NCBI GenBank assembly: GCA_023231475.1
Contig: JALJEE010000556.1
Coordinates: 1-64,000 of the forward strand
Direction of reading: 5' to 3'
DNA from: Seison nebaliae
Lineage: Eukaryota
DNA: 64,000 nt
Part shown: one piece after another, positions 1-14,123 of the stretch
Numbering within the stretch: the stretch's first letter is position 1
How the letters are laid out: the number at the start of each line of letters is the position of its first letter
Notes under the pieces: model-generated
The model's database searches: none
Seen by the model: only the letters and a program-made list of their open reading frames with translations
What the model was told of the DNA's origin: nothing
Translations under genes and position numbers: made by a program

Positions 1-1122
1 AAATAAAGAGCGACCAGGAGCTCATGTTGTTGTTAAAAGAGCTATTTTGAAAAACTAAAATAATAATAAAAAATAATAAACAATAGAATAATAATGTAAA
101 ATATTTATGTATGGGCATAAGGAGCTAATTTGGCTCCCTACATACAACAAAAATACATGGCTCCGCTCTTTCGTGCCCATGACTGCTGTATAGTATACAG
201 TGTATACTATATATATATATATGATACAACTTTAAAATATATGTTAATTTTATGAACTTCGGATCAAATAATTGACATTCTCCCTCGATCAATTCATTTT
301 CTATTAAAGTTTTAATTTTAAAACTAATTTTTTTTTTCGTTAAACTTTAAATAAAACTTTTATTACACATATCTTTTAATCAACATTATACTCAACTCTT
401 AAGAATTTATTTAACTTTCAAAGATCCTTTCTACGAAAGTCATTGCACGTGGGAGTTACGTCTGTTCGAAAATGAAAACAATCGAAACTAACTAAAAAGA
501 AGACAATATCATGAAGTCGATGTTTTAATAACGGTTAACGTCTATGATCAGAAATTAAAATCAAAAAAAAAACGATTTTTTTGAAATATACTGACAATTG
601 TAGATGTGGACGTAGTGGATATAAGTAAGGAAATTAACTACTGTCATCATACTGTCATAGACTCAACTTGAGTCTATCAACTTGTTAACGGGAGAATTGA
701 GGAATCAATTTCAATTCGTATTAGAAAGATAAATGTGGTTTTTTCATAAATATATAAGTAAAATATGCTATCAGTTAAATAATGAATTATCCTATTTGAC
801 ATGAAATGAATAAAGGAAATTGTCTCACTTAATATAAGGTGTGTGATGCCATAAATAAATTAGCTTAATTCGGTGGAGAAACGGTTGAACATATGAAAAC
901 GAATTAAGAAAATCAATAAATCATTTTGTTGATTTGAATTGAAAGAGCAGGATGAGATGTATGAATTTTTTCAGGAACAATTCTTTAACATTGGATGGAA
1001 TAGGAAGTGGGATGATTGGGAATATAAACCGGAATAACGGAATGGATGAAAGATGGCTCGATTATCTGCTTCTCGTCTTTATACATGAACAATAATTTGA
1101 GAAAATAATCTTCGATATATTT

Positions 1123-3060
1123 TCATTTTCTTTTCCATGAGAAATGTTGTCTACGTTCCATTTCATTACAATCGTTCATTTGGATATGGCGTTGATCATT
1201 CGTCATTTCCAGACATAATTGGGATGCCGGATGATAGAGTAGTCCGTTCTGAGAAGAAATTGAAAAAAGAGAAAATTTTCAAATAAATTTAACATTTCGA
1301 TATTCCCAATGTTGGTTGCCTTTCATACTGTGGCAAGTGTAAACGATGACTTTGTCTTTCTTTCCTTTCTCGTTACTACCACCAGCGTAATCGATACATC
1401 CTTCGTCTCGTCTTATCTCACCATCTTTGCTTAACATCCAAAACTATGAAAAAAGAAGAATTAGTTTTAAGAAGTAAAAGAAAAAATTAGACTTGGTTTC
1501 CTCCCATATCATGACATGGATATGATATAACAAATTGACCTCGATTTTTCGTATCTGTCGACGCATCGACACAGAATGGTGCAGCTTCATTTCGAATATC
1601 ACCCGATGCCATCGCTTCTCCAGGAACAAACTTTTCTGGATAAATCGTATCAAGATACCATTTGAACGGTTTACAATGTAATTTTTCTCTTAGGCTTTTC
1701 CGTTCAGATATGTCGCCAAAATTACCCTGAAATGGAATAGAATAAAGGAGAAAATTGAAGAAAAGAAGGAAACGAGATCGTAATTGAAGCGTTCATAATA
1801 ATATTTCTTGTAATCATCCATCCAAACTTCAGCTGCTCTTATCGAATTCTTTTTGAGAACATTAGTTCCACTTTTCCATGAATATGGTGATCTCTTTCGA
1901 AAGATATGACCGATATGTGAGCATGGCATCGTTAACAATCGTCCGCCACACATCCAAATTCGGAATGATATTTCCAAATTCTCTCCACCCCAAATTTCCA
2001 TCTGTTCATCATATCGTCCAAGATGATTGAAATAATTTCGACTAATTGCAAATAATCCGCCAGCCATTGTCGGCGATTCTAATGGATCGATATCATTCTT
2101 TCTCGTCTTCGATACACGTTGAGGAATGGCATGCCAAGTGAATTGCATATTCCAATCAAATCCTCCCAGACTCGTTAAAGCAGCTGGTGATGAATGATAA
2201 CGGAATGTCGTATCGTCAATTACATCGATACATGGAGTTACTACATTCTTTTCATCTAATTGAATCTGCCAAATTAATGGTTCAGCCCAACCTTCCGTAC
2301 ATTCGATATGAGAATCTAAAAAGACGATTATATCACTTGTCGATCGATCAGCACCAGATAATCGTGCTCGAATCAGACCTTCTCGACTTTTTAATCGAAC
2401 AATTTCGATGATTGGATAAACGGCAATATATTTATCAAGTGGCTCATGTAAATGATCCATAGTACTTGCATCATCGACAAGAATGATTTGCTTCAATAAA
2501 TTCTTTGGACTTTTCGATAAAATGGAATGTATTGAACGTAATAAAACACTCCATGCTTCATTGTGGAAACAGAGAACGATGGAAAGCGTTTGAACTAATT
2601 TTCCATGATCAACTTTACGACAAGATGCATCTCGTACGTCTGGTAAGGATCGATGTATTGATATGAGGTCAGATGCATATTGATTGAAAGCATTATTCTT
2701 CCAACCTAATTCATATTTCTCTCGTTCTTCACGACTCAATTCTTCTTTTTTTATTATTACTTCTCGACCCATTTCTCCAGGAGAATTGGGATTCTGATGT
2801 GCATTCGGTTTCGGTCCTTGATTATCACCATCAAATATGCCAACTGGTCTATTCGATTCGATTTCATGCTCCTCCAATTTCGTTTGTAATTTCTTCTCTT
2901 CTTCTTGATGTCTTAAACGGACATGAACATTATCTTTCTTCTTCAAAACCTTTTGTTCCGATACTGACGATTGTCTTGTTGCCAATAAAATAAAGGTAAA
3001 CCAAAAAATTGCTCCGATGAAAATGAGACGAAAGAGAAACTGACGTTGACTATATCTCAT
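1123..3060 (-). CDS. Polypeptide N-acetylgalactosaminyltransferase (GALNT/pgant family, GT27), 4 exons, ~598 aa
   Basis: N-terminal TM helix and GT-A motifs ([52 protein letters not shown]). Exons 3060-1774, 1726-1493, 1443-1294 and 1248-1123, joined at GT-AG introns of 47/49/45 bp, complete a ricin lectin domain ([20 protein letters not shown]). Paralog not assignable. Confidence 0.95.
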
Positions 3061-4311
3061 TTTCTCAAAAGATGCTTTTTGTTCGTTGTAAATGAAAATT
3101 CGAAATTAAAATTCTTCTCCAAATTCTCTTCTTGTCGTTTTCGGCGATATATAATGTTAATTGATTTTAAATCCAAATGAAACGAGTGAAATTTAATTAT
3201 CGTTTAGAATCGTTCTCCCATTAAAGTTGTGGTAAAGCTTATCAACACATTTTTCTCCTTTCCATAAGATTCACAATGTGTTTGTCTATTAATCAATACA
3301 AATGAGATTCCTCTGCCCAACATAATTAAACGATTTCATATTTTGTAGCATTAATCTTATTTTTTTTCGCTTGTCCTAATCAATTCAATTGGAAAATATT
3401 GATGGAAATGAAATATTAGGAGGCAAACGGACTTGTTGGAAGAAAGAGAAGCTTGTTGTCTCTCCATTTACACACAGGGTAATAGTATGGAGTTAATAAG
3501 GAGAGATGGAAAGACTAAGTATTGACCGAATGTAACGGGTTAACAGTTATCATTGAACATACACTATTCATTTGCCAACACATACACGGATGTACATACA
3601 TACACTCAAGTACATACACACACAAACAAACATACACACTCGCTCATCCACATAGAGATATAAATACTATTTGTATTAGACGGACAGAACAAGACTGGAT
3701 TGAATTGAACGAAATCATATGAAATAATCGTAGAAATAGAACACCGACATAACGTCAAATAATGAATCAATTGTTCTTTTAAATTTAGTTTACATGAAAT
3801 TTTACCATATTAAAATAATTTATTTTAAACAATTTTCATATTATTAATCTATTATTAATATTATCTACCATTATCTACTATAATCGCAACTTTTCGCTTG
3901 ATTACAATTATGTTATGACTGGCAGTGATTCACTGTAAGTTAAGGAACGAATAGAATGATCAAGTGAATAATAAAAAAGGATCTTTTCAAATAAATTGAA
4001 CTTATGTCCAGTAACCATTCTTTCCTCACTATCCAAATGGTGTATTTGTTGACGGTTGAGTCTTGGAGTGATAAAAGATTTATGGACTTTACTTGAGAAC
4101 GTCCCCAATCACCATCAACAAATTGATTAATTTGTATTTCAATAATTCGAATTTATTTGGTGAGATGATTTGGAGGAATTGGAGAAAGTTGTTTCGATAA
4201 AATTATTAGCTACCCCCATTATTTGTATATAAGAAAATTATTACGGTCCAAATACTCTCATAATATCAGATGATATGTATAAACATATAATATGATCCAA
4301 ATACTATGGAG

Positions 4312-4335
4312 ATATATATATATATATATATATAT
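4312..4335. repeat. (TA)n microsatellite
   Basis: Run of TA dinucleotides seen directly. Confidence 0.9.
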
Positions 4336-7300
4336 ACGTGCCGTAACGTTTGACCACTTTCCTTAGAGTAAACTAAGTGGAGAGAAGCGCATTACGATAA
4401 TTGGGAAGTGTTTGAATGACTTTCTACTTCGAAATGTACACGGAAAGTTTCAATAAAATGTGGAAGGGGATTTATATTAGTTAGATTTCGTATATGAAAA
4501 TTACTTTAATTAGCATTAGAAAAAAAGCAGAGGAGAAACATAATTTCCATCTTTCTAACAATTGCTCACTTTGAACACCTGAATAAATTCAAAGAATTTC
4601 TTCTCAAATTATTTCTTAATATTACTGTACTAAACTGATTCGACTAAACATTGGAATGGTTCTTCTTCTCACTGAGTGGTTTCACTTGATTGAGGAGTGT
4701 ACGGAGGGGCAATCAATAGATACACATCTATACATAGTTCAGCACAAAGTCCATTCAAAGATTATTATGCAATGAATAGAGAATTCGTCTTTGCCTACTA
4801 TATTTACTACTAGTCCGGTACAAAATGAAAAATTTTTATGTAAATAATTTATTTTTCATTCATCTCAATCATCCTACCATGTTGGAAGAGAATATTCAAC
4901 TAATTAAATGATTCGATCGAATTCAATGTAAATCGAGCAGAATAGACATTTAATCGATTGGCGATATAGTTTAATTTAAACCTCCTTCATCTTTCTTCAT
5001 TAGCCATTAGTATCTTCTGCGAAATATCTCATCATAATTTCTTTTAAATTACATCCACTGTTTTCTCCTTCATCTTTCAATAAAACCCACCTTTGTTTTC
5101 TTGAAATTATTCGATATGCAATCCCTATTATGGATCGTTTTTTTAGTCCAACTATTAATGTCAGCAGACGACATCGATTGGTTTGGACATAAACTACGCG
5201 CTTCCTTCACAATATGTATCTAGCATTGATTATCGTATGAGAATATGTTGCGTATGTCAAACGATAAATATGAAAGATTAATTTTTTTACAGCCCATTTT
5301 ACATAACCAACCCATATACTGTTTCGTATGTACACATGTATTGTGTGGACTATTCGACACATTTATAATTTCGGACATTACGACATTATTTCATTTCATT
5401 CTCTAGCTGTGATCAAATCACTATCAATCTAAGTAATTGGAAGTGCAGTATGGAACGTTTCCATATCGGACAACGGAACATTTTACGACTTTATTACGAA
5501 AAACGTTTTTAATAAAATCCATTGACAAAAATCATTTCTAATAAACATTATTTCATATTACGAATTGTTTTTGATTTATAAGTATTCTTGCAGAAATGGT
5601 AGAGAATCGGAAATATTAAAGTGAAAAAATATGATCAAAAGAGACGTTGGTTTAAAAAAAAAGGAAATAGAATGTGTCTTGAATGGGACGATAGTCCGGT
5701 GGAGATCTTGTCATAAAAACAAACATAATTGTCTAAATTATTTCTATTCTACAGTGTAGAATAGTGTAGAATCTACACTTGCAGCCATTCTGATTGAGCG
5801 GAAAGATATTATTTGTTTATTTCCCGGTTAGGAGAGAAGAATGATGTTATCAAATTTCCATTTCAATTCAATTCTCCTATAGAAGACGCACATGAGTAGA
5901 ATGATCGACAGTTATTAGAGAGTATCCTAATTTATTCGGATATGACGCAATCGTATTAAATTTCCATCCAATTCACAATACAAGTAAAGGATTGGTTAGA
6001 GATTGTGAAAGATAGACTTCTACCATTGATCTCAACTTTGTTAGAAATAAAATTGATGTTTTTCCTTTTGCAGAAAACTCAATTTCATTCTACGAGTTAT
6101 TTTTGGATATGTAAATTTGGAAATTAATCGTCTCTAGTGTTCGTTGATGTTTGAAGACGAAGAATTACATAATATTATTATTACCTCTCCTCATTTCGAT
6201 GATCAGTGAACTGATGAAAATTAATCATGAGAACGTTATTGTAGAGAAAAGGAAATTGTTGCAGGAGTTGTTCTTCATTGAAAATTTTCCGTTTTCTCCT
6301 TCCTGGAATTTTATTTGAAATCATTCTTCTACATCTTTCTCGCTCACCAACAAATTTTTACATATTCCTACATAAATATAAATTGTTCATAGAGAATGAA
6401 GAATATCGAAAATTAACTTGATTATCATACAACGAGATACATCTTCATTCTCTTCAATATCTTATCATTTTTTCGTCGGTCCCATCATGATTTAATTAAA
6501 TTAGAATATTAAAATGGAGTTCGATTATTTCCCGTAAAACAACATTTTATTGGATGGAGCAATCGACAATTTCATGAAACATCTACGACATTCCATCGAC
6601 AGGCATTCGTCAGACAATATAATCGGAAGATAATGAAGATGATAAGTGAAGGAAAGAAATTTAATATTGGGAAGATTTGTTGCATGGTTTTTGCACTGAT
6701 TGTGTCTCCTCTCCAACTATTTCATCGTTTTTAACTAATTAAATGTATCGATTCATTCTCTTCTTGGCCATTTCATCAATACGTGTCGATAACATAAAAA
6801 AGACTTTATTTCATTTTCGAGAAAAACCAATAAAGAATATATAAGAAACATAAAGACATTCTGTTTCTTGGGAAAGACTGTGCCAGAAAATTACATTTGT
6901 TATGGCGCCTCTCGGGAATCCGACACTTTCTAAAACGGCTACCATGACAATTCCTGAAAAGTGACATCAAGTACATAGTGAAGAATGTCGCCATTTATTC
7001 CGTATACGTAACGTCTAGTGAAAATGAAGAAAAGATGATAGAACTGCATAAGGTCAATTGACACATTATTTCCATCAAAACCTATTTTTCCATTGAGGAA
7101 GTATTCAACTTTCTCCTTCCTTCTTATTCATTCCTTCCCCCTCTCCTCATTCTCAATACAACAATTTGAGATGTCGATAATCGGTGAAAATATCGTAAAA
7201 ATGTTACTTTACAGTTGAAAACGAAAATATTCCAATTCTTCCTTCATTCACATTTCTACACCATATATAGTATACTTGAAAAGGAAACGGTTTTTTACGA

Positions 7301-10027
7301 TTTTTATGAGATCGTCGAAACCCGAACTCTTTCGGAAACAATGCGGTTTTCATACCCAAGACTTTTCTTAGGACGACTTTTGGAAATGTTGGACAAAATA
7401 TGTGAACACGATTTATTTGTAACCATAATTCATCAACGATCAAAGTGTTTGATATGAAAAGGAGAACGGAGGAATAAACAAAATTCAACAATGAACTAAA
7501 TTTTCTGGTATAAAGTGAAGTAATCATGGAGATGGTTACCTGATGAGAGAATTAATAATTTAAATATTCTTTATTGAATTTGCACTTGATTATTAATGCA
7601 TATTAATTTATCTTAATTTCGATAAATTTATGGGAAGCGTCTTGGGGAGAGACTATCAGAAAGGAAACATAAGTTTATTATGATATTCGTTTTTCTGAGA
7701 AGTGAATTTAGTTCAGTTCACGATTCAGTCTCAATCGATTGTAAATAGAAATGGTGCTAAATACTTGAGAAAATATGCTGAATATATATGTGAGGTCGAA
7801 GTGATTCTAGATTGTCTGTTGTGTTAGGAAATAAAATAATTTTCCTAAACAAAAAAAACTACTTCGACATTTACGTAACATAATGATATTGGTCTTGTCT
7901 ATAGAAGTCCATCTGGCAAATGAGGAAGTATATTCCCATGAAGAATAGGAAAAATCTGAGTAAATTCCACTCAAATTCTTTCAACTGCAAACTGACTAAC
8001 TCCCTCTCAAACAAAGGTATTCCGTTCAATGCAGTTATTGTAAGAAGTAATTTTTAAGGAATTCCAATTTTTTCTTTTACATCAAAAATAAAATTGTTTG
8101 ATATTTGGAAAGAAAAACTCTAATGGATGATGATGATGATGATGCGGATGATGATGATAGAAGATTAATGATTCACCAATGAGTTTTGGAAAATCGTACA
8201 GTTATACACTGGACTGGAATGTACTTCTAGTCTTATGTAACTTCTCAATCGAAATACTCCTCAACAGAATGACGGGAAAAACATTCCGAACATGATGATC
8301 GCATCGGAAAAAGAAAGTGACTTCAATTCTTAAAGTACCTTCCTGTTTTTCTTCCATTCCTCTCCTTATTCAGTCTTTTCCATCTAATACTACTTCTACT
8401 CTCTAGTAATAACAAATGGAGTTTATGGTTTCGATCAATTCATTTTTTTTTCTTATGCTGGCGACTACAACCAGACGACGTCATTATTTCTACTTTTGTC
8501 ACGTATAATTTCCTATCATTACATAATAATTTATTTCGTTTTAATACCCAAATGCTCTTCTAGTTCAAAGTCCACTAATCTAACTTGAATGAATGAGAGT
8601 CAGGCAGTCTTCTTTCCACCAGATTTAAGAAATCCCATATTCTGGTTCATAATAAAAAATATTGGAAAATTGACTAGGAGGAGAGGAATCGCTTTCCAAA
8701 ATTAAAGATGATACGACAATTCGAAAAGATGGTGAGGGAATCGTCTTCTTCCAAAGAATTATCAATTAAACAACTTACTTTATAGAAGTAACCAATTATT
8801 GTCCATGTTTTCTTGTTGATGATAATTTTATTGTTATTGCATAACGATGGAGTATAATTACGAATAATGTTATTCAATCTCATTTGTAGTATATGTCACG
8901 TTCTTATCCGATTAGTTTTAAAGAACATTTTCTTTAAAATAATATATAAGATAAATAAATAAGAAAATTCCGATTCACTTGTCATCAATGTAAAGAAACA
9001 GACGGAGAAATGGTGATATTTCAAACGAAATCTATCAAACTCTTTTCATCATCATACATGAAATATAAAATATTCTCAATAAAATCGAAAGTAGAAAGCA
9101 AATTTTCAGTATCTGGTTATGACGTCAACAAAGACTTTTACTTAATTGTAATAAATATTCTTTTCCTATCAACCTTCCAAACTTCACTTGTAGATGTGGC
9201 CGCCTACATCAATTTTTGAAAATATTTTATTATTTTTTATTTTCTTAAACATATGGATAAGAAATCATCATAGGAAATAGAGAAGGAGATTAGACCAAAG
9301 TTTATTAATAGTTCTTATCGATAAAAATGAAGCACCATTCATTCTTTCAAATCTGCCTCCAATTATTCCTTCTCTTTTTCCCGAGAAATGGAATCTGGAA
9401 ATTCCTGTGAATTTAGAACACGATTTCACATCTACGATAATCGTACATCTGCATATACATGAGAGATAAGAGAAGAGACGATTTTACCATCAGTGAGTCT
9501 CATTTCCGTTATTAAATCTTACCAATTGTCTTCATATTTTTTGGGTTACTAATATGCAACCACCAGGTGGAACAACTATAAGCTATTAGGATAGGAAATT
9601 TCTCACATTACAAACTTCTATACAAATAAAAATAAGCCAATCAACAAGTTGATCGACGGGTATATTCGCTTGTAAACAACGAAATTATTTTAAATGAAGT
9701 CTCAATAAATACGAGAATAAATTAAACGAAAATCAACTATAGAGTTGAAACAAATCAACAAAATAATCAGACTCTAATAGTTACTAAAGCAAGTCACACC
9801 ACTTTCACTAGAAAAGCGACAATAAAAATAAATGCAAAAGTTAAACAGAAACTAAATTTGACAATAGCCATAGTGACGGGAATAAAGACGCCAAAGGAAG
9901 TAGCAGATGTCGTAATAGAAATCGAAGATATGAAAGATAGAAAATCCTTAGGTGTTGATTGTGACATAGATTTTATATCAATATATAGCAAAAAAATCCA
10001 GATTTATAAAAAAATCTTTCTCAAAAA

Positions 10028-10204
10028 AGGAGTAGAACTGTCCAAAAAAAAATTAATTAGGAGTAGAAGTGTTCGTAACGTTGTTAAAAGAAGTAGAACT
10101 GTCCTAAATTGCCAAAAAAGATGTAGAAGTGTTCTATATTACAGAAAAAAGGAATAGAACTGTCCTTTCTGATAAACCAAAAGGAGTAGAACTGTCCGGG
10201 ATTC
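10028..10204 (+). repeat. Six ~16-bp direct repeats (AGGAGTAGAACTGTCC consensus) with unique 14-16 bp A-rich spacers; probable DNA-transposon terminal arm
   Basis: Copies start at 10028, 10059, 10089, 10119, 10150 and 10182; the array ends in GGGATTC. The transposon interpretation is inference. Confidence 0.8.
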
Positions 10205-12216
10205 AACGAAACAAGTGAAAATAGTGATAGATAACAAATGGTTTGTCATTTACTGGTTTCTTAGTTGAACGACATCTTCAGCTTAACAAAAACCAAGAAT
10301 TAAGAGAAAGACTAGAATACAAATAAGTCAAATTTGAGATTAGAATGATGACGGAGAATCCTATGATTCAGTGACTAATTATAATATGTTAAATCATCAT
10401 CATGAATTAACTGGTATTACAGAATAATAATTAAAAAAACCGTTTTGGATAAAGTGTTTGGAACGTTGAATAATTTTGAAATTGAAATGTATCATCCATT
10501 TTTAACATTCTTTTCATCAAAATGGGAATGAATTTAATTGTAGTTTTTGTGAAATGACTCAACATTACTCTTCAATTCATCGTTAACTGTTATTTGCGTA
10601 ATGTCAGGAAATAAAAGTTGAGTAGGTTCAACCTACTACAACCTACTAGGTTGTAGAGAAAATGAGTATTTACTATAGTAAATAGCTAATATATATTTTA
10701 TTCCCAATAACAATCTTTGAAATGGTAGAATATTAACGTATTTCCTTTTCCTATCTAAATGTTATGGTACAAGTTGAATTATGTTTTTTCGATGAAAATC
10801 ATTTTTGAAGTAATTCCAACTTGTTTTATTTTCTTACAACACGATGATAAGTCTAATATGAAGAACAGAAGAATTATGAAGAAAAGTTGGATAGAATATA
10901 ACGATGATCGAGAAAAGAAAAGAAGAAAACATGTAATAATACCGTACCAGAAGACTGGGAGGATGATGCAAAAAACAATTGAAGTTGACGTATTAGATGT
11001 GGAACAATTGAATAGGTAAAATTGTATATTGGAAATTATCATAGTAGGTCTGGAAAACAAGTAGATCGAACATTGGGAGCAAGAGTATTAAAGAAGATTG
11101 ATATGTTTATTGAGTGACGAGATTGATGATGATTTCATTAGAATACTTAAAAATCTTTTTTTTGCCAGGATTTAACTTATCCTAAAAAAGTATTGGATGT
11201 ATTGTTAGAAAAGGTTTGTTTCAAAACATAAAAACGGATGTACAGTATGGTCGATGTAGTGTGATGGACAGATATTGCGAGAAAGAAAATGGATCTATCA
11301 ACTTCAATGGAACTAAATTTTCATGTATGGAAGATAATTGGTTTTTCATTGACAATTAGATGATTTTATACTTCCTTCACGACTAGATTGTATGTTTGAT
11401 AAGGGGGAAAAGGGGGAAAATAAATTGTCGACGAAGTTTCGGGGAGGAGAAAAAGAAGAAGAATTCTTTGGAATCATCATACAATTATTCTAACTAATCT
11501 TCAAATACGGAGAGACTAATCATCGTTAATAGATGTAAATTGGGAGACTAATGGAGATGAGGCGATTCTATCGAGACTAGTTCATACGAATGATGGATAA
11601 TGACGATGACGAGAGAGGAGAGATATGGAAATAAAATCATTATTTATTCACCAACAACATATCCATCCACACTAGAGATAGACAAACAGATACCGATACA
11701 TTGTTTGTAAAGATTAAGATTTCGTCCATCTCCACTCAAATGAATATCACCATTACCATCATCACCATCATTCAACTATATCATTCATTAGAAATGATAT
11801 GGAAATATAATAACACTTTTCAGATTAGAAAAGGAAAGTTCTCTTACATCCAACAAGAATGTTGCTAGATGAAAGGAGTTTCCATTTCTATTTGTTTCTC
11901 TCTGACGTTCTCCTGTAATCAGAGACTAATCCTCAATTGAATCACCTATAGATTACACATTTTACACTAAAAAATTCTTGTTACACATGTCAAAAAAAAA
12001 GTTTAGTTTGCCAAAGAAGTTTATTTTATCAACAGCTGACCGTTCGGCGGCCAATTCAACTAAATAATCTTTCTCCCTCAATTCCTTTCCACTGATTACC
12101 CACCTTTTTTACCCATTCAACTGAACAATTCTCCTCCCCAATACAGTTCAAAATAGATCTTTAGTGATCGATTCAGTTCTTTCAATACCATTACTTCCGT
12201 TCCATGTAATTGATTA

Positions 12217-14123
12217 CACTGTACAACAAAAAAAAAGTAAGGCAAAAATGAAACCTTTTTCAAGATTAGAATTTTTTGTAGATTACAAATATAGTAACCA
12301 ATTTTTTGGGAGGTCGCATTTTTTTCAGAAAAACCAATTTTCTAATTTTTTGTTATATTTTTTTTGAAATGGAAAATTTGGCCACTAATATTCAACTGTT
12401 TTCATTTTTTTTTATGGAGATTATGGGAAATTAAAAGTAGTTTAGGTAATCGTAAATGAAAGATCATCTGAGTTTATAATAGTGCTCCATATTTTCAATT
12501 GAAAGTGAAATAAAGTCAAAAAATTGAAAAATTGAGATTTAAGAAAAATTTAAACACGTAAAATAAAATTTTTTAAAGAATGTATCATGATTTGGAAGAC
12601 ATTTCCATCATCATTTCCGCTATCAAAGGTAGCCTGGATTTCTACAAAGACCGAAAAAATTTTGAACAAAAAATATTAAATGTTCTGAAATAAACTTATC
12701 CACTATAGACAAAAAAGAACACATCGTTAAATATAAATCCATATATTTCCAAAATGACTACAAGTCGGGCGATTCAAAAATGTGCCCTTAAAATTGGCAC
12801 TAAATTTTATGAGACATATGAAAAATTCTTCAAAATTCCCGATTTCTCGAAAAATTATATACCACAATCCTGTTGTCTGAAGTGTCGAAAAATATTTTCT
12901 CAATCTGCTGATGAAATTAGAAAAATTTATCATAGAATTTGGCGTGAACAGCGAAATAATTCACATGGCTGTTACTTCTGTTCGTTCAACTTAAATGATT
13001 GGAAGAAAAAGAACAGCAGCTATCGTGTTGTTCAATCTGTGGAATGGAAGGTATGTGAGGGAAACAATGAGGATCATATCCAAGTGAAGACAATAGAAGA
13101 TTTAGATGCACACAATCCTCAAGATCATGAGTTCGAAGAAATCATGTTTCAAGAAACGTCTGAAAATGCTTTAGACGTACCGGATCTCGGCGACCTCGTG
13201 CAAGACATCGGCTGAACTAAAACCAATTCAGAAATTCTATCATCGCGCTTAAAAACAAGAGGTTTCATACAACCTGAAGTTCGAATCTGCTCAGGTAAAG
13301 AGACATTCCGAATTCTCCACATATTTTCATATTGAAAATAATCTAACGTATTGTTCTAATATTCCTGGTTTATTCTGAGTAATCAATATAAAATATGATT
13401 CATGTGAGTGGCGATTCTTCACCGATAGTAGTTCTAATTCGTTAAAAGGTGTTTGGCTCCATATTTGCAACGAAAAACCTTCAATTCCCATCGCATATTC
13501 TACAACATTGAAAGAAAATTATGCTTCTATGAAATTACTTTTAGAAAAAGTCAATTAGATTAAATAAACTGAGAAGATTACCGGAAAGCGATGCATGGGA
13601 TAAGTTAACAGCTGTATTAACTAAGTTTCTCAGCAGAAGAACAGATATGGGTGGAAATGAATGCAACGATATGATTGAAACATTCCATAAAATTGGTTGT
13701 AGAATGTCCATCAAAATATACTATTTGTACAACAATAAAGATTTTTTTACAAATAATTTGTGTAGTGTTTCCGAAGAACATGAACAACGTTTTCACCAAG
13801 ACATCAAAATAATAGAAACGAGATATTTTCAGAAAGATTATCAGAATATGTTGGGTGACTATATATGGTCTATTGTAAGAGAAAGCACCCAAAAACACAG
13901 AAGAAGCAACAGCACTACTAGAACATTTTTATACGTATAAAATTTTCACTGAACAGTTTTATTTTTGGCACGATTTTTTTCTTCTACCTATTTTACGTAA
14001 ATTTTTAGAAAAAATTAAATTAGATATTTTTTTTATTTTCATGCAGAAAAGACATATTTTCTACGGAAAATTCCGATCTAGAAATAGGTTTAATTTTGCC
14101 TTACTTTTTTTTGTTTTACAGCG
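12217..14123 (+). mobile_element. Decayed Chapaev3-type (CMC superfamily) DNA transposon
   Basis: Imperfect ~65-bp TIRs (CACTGTACAACAAAAAAAAAGTAAGGCAAAA... / ...TTTTGCCTTACTTTTTTTTGTTTTACAGCG) with TTA on both sides (12214-12216, 14124-14126). Transposase remnants IWREQRNNSHGCYFC and GCRMSIKIYYL...SEEHEQRFHQDI...MLGDYIW match Chapaev3 motifs as recalled. Confidence 0.85.
12754..13940 (+). pseudogene. Disrupted Chapaev-type transposase
   Basis: ORF pieces 12754-13215 and 13647-13940 are separated by stops and frameshifts, with an apparent internal deletion near 13570. Confidence 0.8.

Noticed and set aside
1..225. Structured segment with short palindromes and a TA run at the window start
   Set aside because: Could be a transposon end, but it is cut by the window edge and no partner is visible.
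3575..3650. ORF 3522-3722 over a CA-rich tract
   Set aside because: Low-complexity microsatellite-like sequence; the ORF is probably incidental.
4990..5380. PH-domain-like words on the minus strand (YMGWLCKMG, RWVLLKD)
   Set aside because: No stop-free spliced model could be built.
10028..10204. True CRISPR array
   Set aside because: Eukaryotic context, no cas genes, and repeats and spacers too short and A-rich; kept as a probable transposon arm.
6500..11900. Scattered 60-107 aa ORFs
   Set aside because: No recognisable motifs or consistent exon chain; a small-exon gene cannot be excluded.
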